From: Pirellulales bacterium
Lineage (GTDB): Bacteria > Planctomycetota > Planctomycetia > Pirellulales > DATAWG01
DNA length: 64,000 nt
Assembly: GCA_963738955.1 (NCBI GenBank)
Contig: CAVTYW010000019.1
Location: 189,207 to 253,206, forward strand
Direction of reading: 5' to 3'
Shown: piece after piece, positions 1-11,043 of the stretch
Layout of the letters: each line of letters begins with the position of its first letter
How positions within the stretch are numbered: the first letter of the stretch is position 1
Notes under the pieces: generated by a model
What the model was told of the DNA's origin: nothing
The model's input: only the letters and a program-made list of their open reading frames with translations
The model's database searches: none
Position numbers and translations under genes: made by a program

Positions 1-418
1 TCGCCTCGGCGGCGGAAAGCCGTGTCGTCGCTGCCGTGTCGCTCGCTTCGCGCAATCGGTGATCGACGAGTTGCCAGAAGCCGCGAAGCTGCGCGGCGTC
101 GAACTCCGGCTGCGACGCGACCCAAGCCGAGGCCGCGCTGGTGCCGCCGGTTTCAAGAAACCGCATCCGGGCCAACGGCGCCGCGGTTTCCGGATCGGAA
201 AGCTCGACGCCCTGATAGAGCACGATCCCCGGCCGCGGATACGAGACGGCATTGCACGAGACCTGCAAGCCGACGGTCCGCGACAATTCGGCCGCGCAAG
301 CCCGCTGATGCCAGGCCCCGCCGCGCCAGCCCGACCAGGCCAACACCCCCGCCGCGGGCAAGACGCCCAGCGCAAGAAACGCAACCCGACAAACCAGCCG
401 CCGCGTTCGATCGTGCAT
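1..418 (-). CDS. Hypothetical membrane-anchored protein, runs off the window start
   Basis: ATG at 418 preceded by AAGGAGG; reads MHDRTRRLVCRVAFLALGVLPAAGVLAWSGW (N-terminal hydrophobic segment) and stays open to position 1. Confidence 0.7.
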   Translation of the reverse strand, partial: MHDRTRRLVCRVAFLALGVLPAAGVLAWSGWRGGAWHQRACAAELSRTVGLQVSCNAVSYPRPGIVLYQGVELSDPETAAPLARMRFLETGGTSAASAWVASQPEFDAAQLRGFWQLVDHRLREASDTAATTRLSAAEA

Positions 419-474
419 CTTGCCGGACCTCCTTGTCCAAACCGCAAATAACTATCCGTCGCGCGCGTACACTT

Positions 475-552
475 GTAGGGAACGGCCTTCGTGCCGTTCC
501 GCGCGCACGACTTGACGCAGCGCGACGGAACGGCACGGAGGGCGTTCCCTAC
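475..552. repeat. GTAG-type REP doublet (REPIN-like)
   Basis: GTAGGGAACGGCCTTCGTGCCGTTCCG ... CGGAACGGCACGGAGGGCGTTCCCTAC: imperfect inverted pair of palindromes with terminal GTAG/CTAC. Confidence 0.75.
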
Positions 553-560
553 GCGAAAAT

Positions 561-1700
561 TTAGCGCTGTTGTGCCATCTTCAAAAACATCTCATAACGC
601 GCCTTCATTTCCACGAGGCTGTCGCCGCCGAATTTGTCGATCAGTGCCGCGGCCACCTCGAAGGCCACCACGTTTTCGACGATCACGCTCGCCGCCGACA
701 CGGCGCAAACGTCGCTCCGCTCGTACTGCGCCGCCTCGGGCTCCTTCGTTTTCAGATTGACCGATTCGAGCGGCTTGCGGAGCGTGCTGATCGGCTTTTT
801 TCCCGCGCGAACCACGAGCGGCTGGCCGTTCGTCATGCCGGCTTCCAGGCCGCCCGCGTTGTTCGTCGGACGGATGTAACCGAGGTTCGGCGAGCCGGCT
901 TGTTCGGCATCGTATTGAATCGGATCGTGAACTTGCGAGCCGCGCCGCCGCGCCGCTTCGAAGCCGAGCCCGATCTCGACCCCCTTGATCGCTTGGATCG
1001 ACATCACGGCCTGGGCCAGGCGGCCGTCGAGCTTGCGGTCCCATTGAGCATGAGTGCCGAGTCCGAACGGCAATCCCTCGACGCGCACTTCGAGAATCCC
1101 GCCGAGCGTGTCGCCGTCGCGGCCGCACTGGTCGATCATCGTTTTGTATTGCTCGTCTTGATCGGGATTCAACGTGTAAAGCTCGCTCCGATCGCGCAGC
1201 GCGCGATGCTCTTCCAGCGTGCCCGGTTGTGGCATAACGGCAACGCCGCCGAGCTCGACGACATAACCTAGCGCATGAATACCGAACTCCGCCAGCAACT
1301 GCGCGGCGAGCGCCCCCGCGGCGACTCGCACGGTCGTCTCCCGGGCGCTGGCTCGTTCGAGCGTGCCTCGGATCGAGCCGAGATATTTGATCGCGCCTGT
1401 CAGATCGCCATGTCCCGGTCGAGGTCGGTCGAGATCGCTGAGGCGCTCTAGCTTGTAGTCGCGGTTGACGACCTCCAGCGCGATCGGACTGCCAAGCGTC
1501 ACGCCCTGCCAGATGCCGCTTTTGATATCGACCGCGTCGGATTCGATCCGCTGCCGCCCGCCCCGGCCGTATCCCCCTTGCCGGCGACGAAGCTCGGCAT
1601 CGATCGGCCCGGTATCGACCTTCACGCCGGCCGGAAACCCATCGACCAGCGCCAGCAGCGCTTTGCCATGCGATTCGCCGGCTGTCAGATAACGCAACAT
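561..1700 (-). CDS. aroC: Chorismate synthase
   Basis: MLRYLTAGESHG start, RPGHGD, ERASARETT, TNNAGGLEAGMTNG, KPIST, ERSDVCAV motifs. Confidence 0.98.
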   Translation of the reverse strand: MLRYLTAGESHGKALLALVDGFPAGVKVDTGPIDAELRRRQGGYGRGGRQRIESDAVDIKSGIWQGVTLGSPIALEVVNRDYKLERLSDLDRPRPGHGDLTGAIKYLGSIRGTLERASARETTVRVAAGALAAQLLAEFGIHALGYVVELGGVAVMPQPGTLEEHRALRDRSELYTLNPDQDEQYKTMIDQCGRDGDTLGGILEVRVEGLPFGLGTHAQWDRKLDGRLAQAVMSIQAIKGVEIGLGFEAARRRGSQVHDPIQYDAEQAGSPNLGYIRPTNNAGGLEAGMTNGQPLVVRAGKKPISTLRKPLESVNLKTKEPEAAQYERSDVCAVSAASVIVENVVAFEVAAALIDKFGGDSLVEMKARYEMFLKMAQQR

Positions 1701-1820
1701 GAAAATCCCCGGAAAACGGCCATCGTAATCGCCTATTTTATCGGGCTTGGCAGACCGCTGATAGGCCGGTTCGACGGACTGGAATCGCCAATTCTCGCCG
1801 GAACATCGGCTTGTCCCGCT

Positions 1821-1891
1821 CGCCCTCGCTAACGCTTCGGGTTAGTATGCCGGCGCGATATGCATACTAACCCGAAGCGTTAGCGAGGGCG
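1821..1891. repeat. REP-like doublet, family AACCCGAAGCGTTAGCGAGGG
   Basis: Perfect 30-bp inverted repeat, arms 1821-1850 and 1862-1891. Confidence 0.9.
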
Positions 1892-1899
1892 GCGGCGGG

Positions 1900-3168
1900 C
1901 TACTCGTCCGGCACGCCCGGCAGCACCCAGGCGATCGCGGCTGCCGGAAAGAACAGGCAGCCGGCATATAGCAGCGCGTAGCGATGGTCGCCATTCGACG
2001 ACGACAGGCCAAATGCGACGGTCCCCAGTCCCGCGGCGATGCGGCTGATGTTGTAGCAGAAGCCGGCGCCGGTCGTCCGCAGCAGCGTGGGAAACAGCGG
2101 CGGCAAATACATCGTGAACAATCCGAACACGCCTTGGCAGATTCCGATGGCCGTGAAACCGATCCACAAATCGCCATGTGCTCGCGGCACGCCGAAAGTC
2201 ACCACCATTGAAATGCCGTAAGCCAGGCACAACAGTGCAATCGCTCGGCGGTATTTCAGCCACCGCGCCAGCCAGGCGGCGAAGAAATTCCCGAAAATCG
2301 AGGTTCCGATCACGAGCCAGACCACTTGGCTCACCAATCGGCTCTTTTCGACGTCGGTCCAATCCGCCAAATCGGGCAGATTGCGCAGAAGTTGCAAATA
2401 CCAAAATAGAAACGCCCAATGGGCCGTCAGCGAAAGCGCGCAAACCAACATCGTCAGCACCGTTGTCCGCCGCAGCGACCGGCCAAATAAATCGGCAAAT
2501 CGCGGCATCGCCCGGTCGGTTCGCTTGCGGTCGCTCTCCCATTGCTCCGACTCCGGCACCGCCTTGCGAATCCAAACGACCAATAGCGCCGGAATCACGC
2601 CGACGAGAAACACATACCGCGGTTCGTGCCCCGCCAGCAAATAGACAACCAGTCCTGCTAGCAACACGCCGATATTTACCGCCGTTTGCAACACCGCCGC
2701 CAGCCACGGTCGCCAATGCCGCGGCCAGGTCTCCGATAGCAGCGTCGCGCCAACAGCCCATTCGCCGCCAATCCCAAGCGCCGCCAAAAAACGAAAGATG
2801 AGCAATTGCCACCACGTCTGGGCGAAGAACGACAGCCCGGTGAACATGGCATAGGTCGAAATCGTCAGCATCAACGCCCGGCTGCGACCGAGCCGATCGC
2901 CGATGCGGCCGAAAAACCCGCCGCCGAGAGCCCAGCCGATGAGAAATGCGGCTTGAATCCAGGAGCTATAGAACCCGACGTCGGGATCATGCTCGCTCTT
3001 CGCGCCGATCAATTCCATGACGAACGGCGCGGCGACAAGCACATATAGGTGCATGTCCAAGCCATCGAACAGCCAGCCCATCCAGGCGGCAATGCCCGAT
3101 CGCCATTGCTCGCCGGAAAGATCGCGCAAATGCCGAACTTCTTGCCCGCCCGAATCAATCATCGTCAT
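1900..3168 (-). CDS. MFS transporter
   Basis: GWLFDGLD, GRIGDRLGRSR (MFS motif A), RFLAALGIGGEW, FPTLLRTTG; about 12 hydrophobic segments; start chosen at MTMIDSG. Confidence 0.93.
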   Translation of the reverse strand: MTMIDSGGQEVRHLRDLSGEQWRSGIAAWMGWLFDGLDMHLYVLVAAPFVMELIGAKSEHDPDVGFYSSWIQAAFLIGWALGGGFFGRIGDRLGRSRALMLTISTYAMFTGLSFFAQTWWQLLIFRFLAALGIGGEWAVGATLLSETWPRHWRPWLAAVLQTAVNIGVLLAGLVVYLLAGHEPRYVFLVGVIPALLVVWIRKAVPESEQWESDRKRTDRAMPRFADLFGRSLRRTTVLTMLVCALSLTAHWAFLFWYLQLLRNLPDLADWTDVEKSRLVSQVVWLVIGTSIFGNFFAAWLARWLKYRRAIALLCLAYGISMVVTFGVPRAHGDLWIGFTAIGICQGVFGLFTMYLPPLFPTLLRTTGAGFCYNISRIAAGLGTVAFGLSSSNGDHRYALLYAGCLFFPAAAIAWVLPGVPDE

Positions 3169-3274
3169 AACCGCCCCCGCCAGGCGTTTCTTGGACCAAA
3201 GACCGAGAGCAACTATCGCACTGCGCCGCGCCAAGTGCAACCGGTCGGCACGGCCAGGCAAAGCCGCGGCCGAG

Positions 3275-3327
3275 GTTGGAGTTCAGCTTTCCGGCGCTCG
3301 ACGGGCGGCTAAAGCCTGAACTCCAAC
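3275..3327. repeat. Intergenic palindromic element
   Basis: GTTGGAGTTCAG...CTGAACTCCAAC inverted arms between divergent genes. Confidence 0.65.
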
Positions 3328-3438
3328 GGGTTCGCGGTCCGGATTGACGCACGCGGCGGAAGCTGTCAGGCTATCTGTTTGTGGCCGCGGGGGTGTGCTA
3401 TCGCGGCATATTCGCGCGTTCGAGGGAGCTTGAATACG

Positions 3439-4806
3439 ATGGTTCGCATCCGTTTTGTCTCGCTCATTCGTTTGGTCGCGTTCGTCGGGTGTGGCGTATT
3501 TGCCGGGCAGTCGCTGGCCGCCGATCCCGCCGCGACAACGCTCTATTCCACCGACGCCTTGCAGGGAACCAAGTCGGTCATGGTCCGCCATAGCGATGCC
3601 GCGACGGCCGGTCCGACCACATCGCCCGTGAGAAAGATCGACAAGGCTGTGCAGCCTGCGTCGGCCAACGAACCCTTGGGCGCACTTGCCGCCGCTGACG
3701 GGGTCAACACAGCCGCCGCCGCTGCGGCCTCTCTGGCCGCCAGCGATTTGCTGAACCGTGCGCTCGAGCCCTCCAAAACATCGCCGCTCGCCGGCCACAC
3801 GTTGACGCTCCTGCAAGCGATCACTCCCTTCGCCGGGAACCGAACCTTCCAGCTCGCCATCGCCCGCGCCTATTGGAAGCTCGCGGCCGCCGAAGGCGAT
3901 TACAACTGGGCCGTTGACGAAGCCGATCAACTCGACCACATTGCCGCGGGCACGACCCCCACCGATGCCACCGTCATCGCCACCGCTCGCGCTTCGTCGC
4001 AAGCGCGGTTGCTCGAAGCCAAGCTGGGCGCGGTCACGGCGCAGCAAGAATTGGCCGATCTGCTTACCATCCCGCCGAACAATCCCTTGCCGCTGACCGC
4101 TGATCCGCCGTTGGTCGGCGCGTATCGCACCTATTTCGACACTTTGTATTCCGGCCGCGTGCCGCCGCCACGGATGCGGCTCATCGATCGAACGCTGCCG
4201 ATCCGCCGTGAAGCGATCGAAACGCACGTCGCCGCCGTGCAAGCCGCCGCCAGCGCGGTCCACTCCGCTGAAGACGCCCGCGCCAAAGGCACGTCGGACC
4301 TGCAAAACTTGCTGCTCTGCCAAGCCGATTTGAGCCGTCAGCGGCGGTCGTTTCTCATGGCCGTGCGCGATTACAATTACGACATCGACGAATATGCTTT
4401 GACGGTGGCCGAGCCAAACGTGCCCACCGACCGCGTGATCGGCATGTTGATTCGCACGAGACCGGCAGCGGCGCCGACGATCGCGCCTCCGCCATCCAGC
4501 ACCGTAGCACCACCAGCTTCGAGCGAGCCGACGATCGTGCGTCCGTCCCCCGGTGATCCCCTATTGCGACCGGCGCTGCCTTCAGGCACCCGGCCAGCCC
4601 CGGCAGCAAGCGGCGCCGACTCGGGATCCGCAAGAGCACCGGCGAGCCCGACCACACCAGCGACATCAACGCCGCCGATCGCTCCCGCCGCGCCGACAAC
4701 TCCGTCGGCCCCTAGCGCACCCACAACTCCGCCGCCGGCTCCGCCAACAAGCACCGATTCGTCAACGCCGCCGTCGTTTGTCCCCGCCGCCCCAGCGGGA
4801 AAATGA
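3439..4806 (+). CDS. Exported helical protein, possibly TolC/outer-membrane-efflux-like, with Pro/Ser/Thr-rich tail
   Basis: Signal peptide (…GQSLAA); OEP-like patterns IARAYWKLAAA, AQQELADLL, AVRDYNYDIDEY; low-complexity C-terminus. Confidence 0.55.
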   Translation: MVRIRFVSLIRLVAFVGCGVFAGQSLAADPAATTLYSTDALQGTKSVMVRHSDAATAGPTTSPVRKIDKAVQPASANEPLGALAAADGVNTAAAAAASLAASDLLNRALEPSKTSPLAGHTLTLLQAITPFAGNRTFQLAIARAYWKLAAAEGDYNWAVDEADQLDHIAAGTTPTDATVIATARASSQARLLEAKLGAVTAQQELADLLTIPPNNPLPLTADPPLVGAYRTYFDTLYSGRVPPPRMRLIDRTLPIRREAIETHVAAVQAAASAVHSAEDARAKGTSDLQNLLLCQADLSRQRRSFLMAVRDYNYDIDEYALTVAEPNVPTDRVIGMLIRTRPAAAPTIAPPPSSTVAPPASSEPTIVRPSPGDPLLRPALPSGTRPAPAASGADSGSARAPASPTTPATSTPPIAPAAPTTPSAPSAPTTPPPAPPTSTDSSTPPSFVPAAPAGK

Positions 4807-4925
4807 CGAATGTCGAATGACGGATGCCTATAGAATGACGAAGCACGAATGACGAAATGAAGCGCGCTGTTGGTCATCGGCCATTCGACGTTAGTCATTC
4901 GTCATTAGACATTAGACATTGGTCA
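4803..4925. repeat. Degenerate heptamer tandem array in inverted arrangement
   Basis: (GAATGAC/GAATGTC)n followed by the complementary (GTCATTC/GACATTA)n. Confidence 0.75.
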
Positions 4926-4936
4926 TTTCCCTTGCC

Positions 4937-5975
4937 ATGCCCCATCCTCCTCTCCGCATCGGCCCCGTCGTCGTCGATCCGCCGGTCCTCCAGGCTCCGA
5001 TGGCCGGATTCACGAATTACGCCTATCGGCAAGTCGTTCGCGAATTCGGCGGGGCGGGCTTGCAAGCGACGGAGATGATTTGCGCCCAGGGGTTCTTGGG
5101 CCGCGAACGGGCGGAAGGGGAACTGCCCGATCGGCTGTGGGGCGTGGCCGACGAAGCGCGGCCGCTGGCCGTGCAAATTTGGGACAATGATCCCGAGCGC
5201 CTGGCCGCGGTCGGCGCGAAGCTGGCCCATGAGTTGAAAGTCAGCGTCGTCGATATCAACTTCGGCTGCCCGGTGCGCAGACGTCGCCGAACGGGCACAC
5301 AGCGGATCGTATCTGTTGAACGAACCGCAGCGGATCGGCGCGATCGTCGAGCGTGTGGCCGCGGCCTGCGCTCCGACGCCGGTCACCGCCAAGATCCGCC
5401 TCGGCTGCACGCGCGATTCGATCCGCGCGATCGAAGTCGCGAAAGTGGTCGAATCGGCCGGCGGCGCGGCTCTGACGGTCCACGGCCGGACCGCCCAGGA
5501 TTTTTTCAAGGGCCAGGCCGATTGGGACCGGATCGCCGAAATCAAGCCGCACCTGAAAAAGATTCCGCTGATCGGCAACGGCGACCTCAGCTCGCCGCAG
5601 GAAGTTCTCGCGGCCTTCGCCGCGCTACGGCGTCGACGGCGTCATGATCGCCCGCGCAGCGCTCGGCAAGCCGTGGCTCTTCCGCCAAGTGCTAGCCGCG
5701 ATGCGCGGCGAAGAAATCCCACCCGATCCGACGCTGGAAGAAGAGTGCGAACTGTTGGTGCGGCACTACGACCTCGTCCGCAGCCGCTTCGGCGCGGAGC
5801 GGGGGACATTACTAATGCGCAAATTCGCCTGCTGCTACGCCCAAGGCCGCCGCGGCGCGCGCGATTTCCGCGCAGCCGTCGCAAGAGTCTGCACGCCGGA
5901 GGAATTCTTGAACGCGGTCAACGAGTATTTCCCCCGCGAATTCTCGCGCCACGAGCCGTCGAAACGACAACGTGA
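4937..5975 (+). CDS. dusB: tRNA-dihydrouridine synthase, frameshifted in assembly
   Basis: LQAPMAGFT, VDINFGCPV, VTAKIRLG, LTVHGRT, LIGNGD, MIARAALGKPW spread over three frames. Confidence 0.9.
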
Positions 5976-6007
5976 CCAAAGTAGCAGGCACTCTTCAGGA
6001 GGCCAGC

Positions 6008-9000
6008 TTATCCGTCGGTTCGGTTGCCCGGCGGGCTTGCAGTTGCTCGACGGTCCAAGCGACGAATTCCGGCGTCGGCCAGGCGTAGGGGCGGAATTTT
6101 TCGAGCCGGCCTTCTTCTTCGTTGTAGAACAACGCCAGGTTCGGGCCGAGTTTGCTGGCTAGCGGGGTGTCGATCAGGTTGGCTGGAGTCGGCGTCGCTC
6201 ATTTGGAACAGCACGCGAAGATCGAATTCGCGAATGCCTTGGCGATCGACGGCCCGCTTCAGGTTGTTGAGCGTGTCGCACCAGACGATCGTGTGGACGC
6301 CCTGCGCCGGGACCTTCGCGCAGGATGTCGGCGAATTGCGGCTCCGAGGCTCGGCCGGCTTCGGTTCGCTGCTGAAGGAATAGCTGATGTAGTCGTCTTC
6401 GCGGCGCAGGTCGCGGAAACGGGCCAGATCGAAGATGAAGAGATAAATGTCGGCGCGTCGGGCTTTTCGGCCGATTGGCGGCGCTCGACTTCTTCGGCAA
6501 TCTCGCCGATGATGCTCGTGCAACTCTCGGCGGCCGCCGGATGCGAACTGGATGCGGCAACAGCTTGTCGGCCAGCGCCGCGAGCGAGCGAGTGTCGGTC
6601 GATTCGACGCGGCCGGGCTCGATGCACATAGAACGGCGCCTCGGTCGCGTGCGGGCCGGCCGTTGAGCGATTGCGTTCGCGGCCGGAATCTGTGCGCCGC
6701 GAGGCTCACCAGCGCCGTGGCCATGATTGCCAAGCGCCGCTTCGTCGCGCTGGCCGATCAGCAGCAGGTTGCAGCCGTTCTGCGGACGGAACACGGCCGC
6801 CGTCGGATCCTTGATCGCGATCGCCTCGCCCAGCCAGCGCCTGCGGGCCGCCGATCGTCGTTCCAGACCAGTCGGGCGTGCAGCAGATCGGCCAGCAGCG
6901 CGATTGCGGCTGACTCGGCCGGAACATTCCCTTCGAACACGATCTGCCGCGGCTTCGAACGGCGGCTCGTCGCGGTCGCGCCCGTTCGCGAATCCGCTTC
7001 AGATAAACCTCGCGCCGCTCGTCGGACGAGCCAGACGACTTGGAACGGATTGTTGCCTTCCACTCATGCCGTTGGCGTCGTTGTAAATCGCCTCGCCGGG
7101 ACGCGTGCAGCAGCCGGGCGGCCGAGTTTTCTTCGCTCAGAATCAGATGCGCGTCGTTCTCGCTGCATTGCAAGGCGATGCGCACCGCCATCTGGCCGAG
7201 CGTGCTGCGGGCCAGGCTGTACGCCCCGCCGAGCGTTTGCGAGCCGAGCAGCACGTGCATGCCGAACGCACGACCTTGCCGCACGAGCCGGTCCAGCAGC
7301 AGACGCCGACTCTTGAGCGATCTTGTCGTCTTCGACGAACAATTCGTGAAATTCGTCGACGATCAGCAGGATCCGCGGCAGCATCGTCTGCCCGGCTCGG
7401 CCTGCGCGAAAGCCGGCCAGATCTTGCACGCCAAGACTCGCGGAACAAATCGCCGCGGCGTTTCAGCTCGGCGTCGAGCTTCTGCAACACGCTCAGCCCG
7501 AACTCGCGCTCGCTTTCGATGGCGATCACGCGGGCATGCGGCAGCTCGTGCGTCGCATAGGTTTTGAACTCGACCCCTTTCTTGAAGTCGATCAGATAGA
7601 GCTCGATTTCGGCGGGGCTGTAGGTCAGCGCGAGATTCGTGATCAGCGCGTGCAACAGCGTCGATTTGCCGGAGCCGGTTTTGCCGGCGATGAGCACGTG
7701 CTGCGAAGTGCCGTGCCCGAGCCGCAGATGCTGCAGCTTCGTCGCGCCGGCGCGGCCGAGGGGCACGTCGATGCCGTGCGACGTGCTGCCGGCTCCACCA
7801 GTGGTCGTCGGCCGGGGCGATGTACTCGAACGGCACTTCGACGCGCCGCGAGTCCTTGGCATTCTCGCCGACGAGCTGCACGATCTGCGTGAAGCGCTCT
7901 TCCGGCGGCGGCTGACTCGACCGCGAGCGGATACTTGCCGAAATCCGGCGATCTTTCCAGACGAACTTGCTCGCCTTCCCAGACCAGATTCGTCGCTATG
8001 CCGCTCGAACATCCTTGATGGTCGAACCGCATCGGCAGCGAAGCTGGTTCGTCGTCGGTCATCAGCACGTAGCACGCCGCACCGCGCACCGCTGGCCGCG
8101 ATGCTCGTCAACCGCCGGGCGGCCGTCTCGGTGAAATTCACCGGAAAATTGGCCACCACCAGAATCCGAAACGCCTCGGCCACCTCGCCGGCGAATTCGT
8201 TGTATTCGGCGATCGTCTCGAAATCGTTGCGCAGATATTTCTGAATCACGTTTTCCATCTGCTCGGTCAGATCGGCCAGCCGGGCTTCGATCTGCTGCGG
8301 CTCGGTCCAGATGCGATTGGTCACGAGCACGTCGTCGAAGTCGGCCAGGTGCATGAAGCCGGCGAAATTCTCGCCGAGCCCGACCGGATCGATGATCGTG
8401 AATCGAACCTTGCCCGGCGGAACGTGGCCAAGCAGCCGCAGCATGACGGCCTGCAACACATGCACGCCGTGCGTGCGGCCTTCGCCGGCCGTTTGGATCG
8501 AACATCGACGCGTTATGCGGAAACGGCAACAGCGCCGGGAGTTGCAAAACTTCCGGGCCGAGGCCGTTCAATCGCGAGTCGGCCGAGATTCCGCCCGGCA
8601 CCTGGTCCAGCCGCACGAGCAAATTCGCCGAAGCGAATCGTCGGCGGCGGGACTGGTCGGCGGCCACCAGTCTTGCCAGGCCGGATCGTTCCACTCGGGA
8701 AACAGCTCGCGGCAGCGGTCGTTCATTTCGCCGATCGTGCCGTAGACGGCCGCCATGCCGTCGCGCCACTTCGCGGCCATCGCATTCCAATCGGCTTCAT
8801 GGCGGGCGCGGCTCTCTTCCATCCGCCGGTCGTGATCGGCTTGCGACGTGATTTGATCTTGATCGAACTGGCGGCGAACTTGAGTCACCAAGCCTGGATA
8901 CTTGGCATGCGCCTCGGCCAGCAATCGATCGCGACGTTCGATCAGTTCTTTTTCGAGAGCGTGGTAATCGCGATCGGCCTCGGCCAGGCGGCCGTCGCGA

Positions 9001-9988
9001 TCGGCGATGATTTGCGTGATTTGCGTGAGATGGCGCTCGTTGGCTTCGCGAATTTCGCGGCGATGGCGCTCGGCCATTTTGCGCGCTGGCTGTCGTAATA
9101 GGCCTTGGCATCGGTGCGGCAACGCTGCTGATAGCGCTCGGCATCGGCAAGCGACTGACGAAGCGCGGTGCATAGTGCCGTCGAACGGGATCGCGCACGC
9201 TGATAGAGCGTCAGCAACACTGCGACACCAGCGGCGACGGCGATCGCGGCGCCGACGCCCAGCCAGGCAAAAATGCTACTTCCATGCATCAGCACGAACG
9301 TCGCCACGAGCGACACCAGCAAAATCGAAACGCTGAGAATTTGCGGCCGCACGCCGATGAAGAATTTCGGCGCGATGAGGCCGCGGAGATCATTCAGCCG
9401 ATCTTGGGCCGCGGTAACGCATTCGGGCAACAGCGCGAACGGGTCGCCGTCGGGATTGGTTTTGTCTTCAAGCGGCGTGTCTCGCCAGGCCACGCCCATG
9501 CGGACGAGCTCGAGCCATTTCCAAACCTGGTTGACGATCGCCACCATCGAATCGCCGTGCGAATTGACTTTCGCTTCGACGCGATAATATTGCTCGAGCA
9601 GACCGGGGTGCGACGCCTCGAAGACCGTGGTCGCTTGCCAGGCATCGACTTCTTGCTGCTTATTGGCGGTGTGCTTGAGCGTTTCGAATTCGTCGAGGGC
9701 GGCGCGGCGGCGCGATTCATGCTCGGCGGCGGCGGCGGCATGCGTGGTGTCGTAGTCTTTGGTCGGCCCGGAGATTGCCTGCTCGTATTGCTGCTGGGTC
9801 GAGCGTTCGTCGGCCTTGAAGCGGTCGGCGATTTGCTGGCGGGTCGTGCGGAAATGCTGTTCGGCCGCCTTGTTGCGGGCTTCGAACTCGGCCTGCACGC
9901 GCACTTCGGCAGCCTGCCGCTCGGCGGCGAGCCGATAGAGCTCGTCGAGCAGAGTGCGCTCGCGTTCGGAAGACAACGGTTGGGTCAT
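6008..9988 (-). CDS. Membrane-anchored FtsK/SpoIIIE multi-domain ATPase (EssC/EccC-like), several frameshifts
   Basis: N-terminal coiled coil, two TM helices, second coiled coil, degenerate domain (FTIIDPVGLG), intact domain (HVLIAGKTGSGKST, LYLIDFKKG, LLIVDEFHE, RQGRAFGMHVLLGSQ), C-terminal degenerate domain (NLLLIGQ, QGVHTIVW). Confidence 0.88.
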
Positions 9989-10135
9989 ACCAGCCGGCCC
10001 ATGGGCCTCGGAAAGAGGCCTGCTAAATTCTTCTGTTCCGGTTCAACACGCCGAATAAGGCTGCAGGCTTGAGGTTCGAAGAACGAAAGCCGCCCTCAAA
10101 TGTTCATCCTCAAGCCTCACTCCTCAAGCCTTTCC

Positions 10136-10357
10136 TCAATTGCATTCTCGCTGCGCTCGGTCCAAGGTTTCCGCCAGGCGGCTGACGGCGTCGAACGTTA
10201 GCCGCACGAGCGGTTCCAAATCGGTCAAATGATCTTGCTCGAATCTTCGGCACGCAATGTCGCGCCATTGTTCCTTCGTCTCTTCCCAATGCAACTGCAG
10301 GTCTTTCATGGCCTCCGCCAGGCGGCCGGCGCCAGAGACCAAATCGCCGACGATCAT
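10136..10357 (-). CDS. Small helical WXG100-like protein (WRD motif)
   Basis: 73 aa helix-turn-helix with EQWRDIAC; 4-bp ATGA overlap with the upstream gene. Confidence 0.7.
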   Translation of the reverse strand: MIVGDLVSGAGRLAEAMKDLQLHWEETKEQWRDIACRRFEQDHLTDLEPLVRLTFDAVSRLAETLDRAQRECN

Positions 10358-11043
10358 ACGCGAGTCTCCGTGCTTTCAACGACCTGATTTTGCTCTGCTG
10401 CCACTTCTGTTTCCGGCGATTCGGACTGCGGTTTTGCGGCCGGAGCGATTTCATCCAACGGCCGGGCCATGCTCGCTTCCGACACGGCCGACTCGGGTTC
10501 GTTCAACGAGCCGGGCCGGGCGAGCGCCGATTCGGCCATCGGCCGCGGGGCGGTCGTGGTTGTGTATCGTTCCAACGTGTCGAGGATTCGGCCAAGCGTT
10601 GACAGGGCTTTGGGGATGTCGCCATCCAGGGCCGCGTTGAACTGGACGATGCGGCCGGCATATTCATTGAGCTCGTGCTGCATCGCGCGGGTCCATTTGC
10701 GCACGGCCTCGGCTTTTTGCTCGGCTTCCTTCAGGCGCTGTTCGGCGCGTTGAATCGCTTTTCGTTCGTCGACGCACGACGGCGTGTAGCCCTCCATGCT
10801 TTTGAAGCTGATGCAGCGATGATATTCATCCTTCGCGCGATTGAGGGCCTCGCCGCTGCGGCGGATTTCGTGTTTCCAATGCTCGGCCCGATCGATGCGC
10901 ACCCAATCGACGGCGCGGCGGATCTCCAAGTCGATCATCGTGAGCGCTTGTTTCGAATCGTCGATATACTTCGCGAGCGCGGCCTGAAAGGCTTCGATGG
11001 CCGCGACCGAACCGACTTGGGCGCCCTGCGACATCGCGATCAC
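10354..11043 (-). CDS. Coiled-coil hypothetical protein in WXG100 operon
   Basis: 229 aa, long amphipathic helices plus disordered tail; ATGA overlaps on both sides. Confidence 0.8.
   Translation of the reverse strand: MIAMSQGAQVGSVAAIEAFQAALAKYIDDSKQALTMIDLEIRRAVDWVRIDRAEHWKHEIRRSGEALNRAKDEYHRCISFKSMEGYTPSCVDERKAIQRAEQRLKEAEQKAEAVRKWTRAMQHELNEYAGRIVQFNAALDGDIPKALSTLGRILDTLERYTTTTAPRPMAESALARPGSLNEPESAVSEASMARPLDEIAPAAKPQSESPETEVAAEQNQVVESTETRV

Noticed and set aside
6008-9988. Chromosome-segregation FtsK or conjugative coupling protein
   Set aside because: Multi-domain layout, no recognisable gamma domain, no relaxase or T4SS genes, and WXG100-like neighbours
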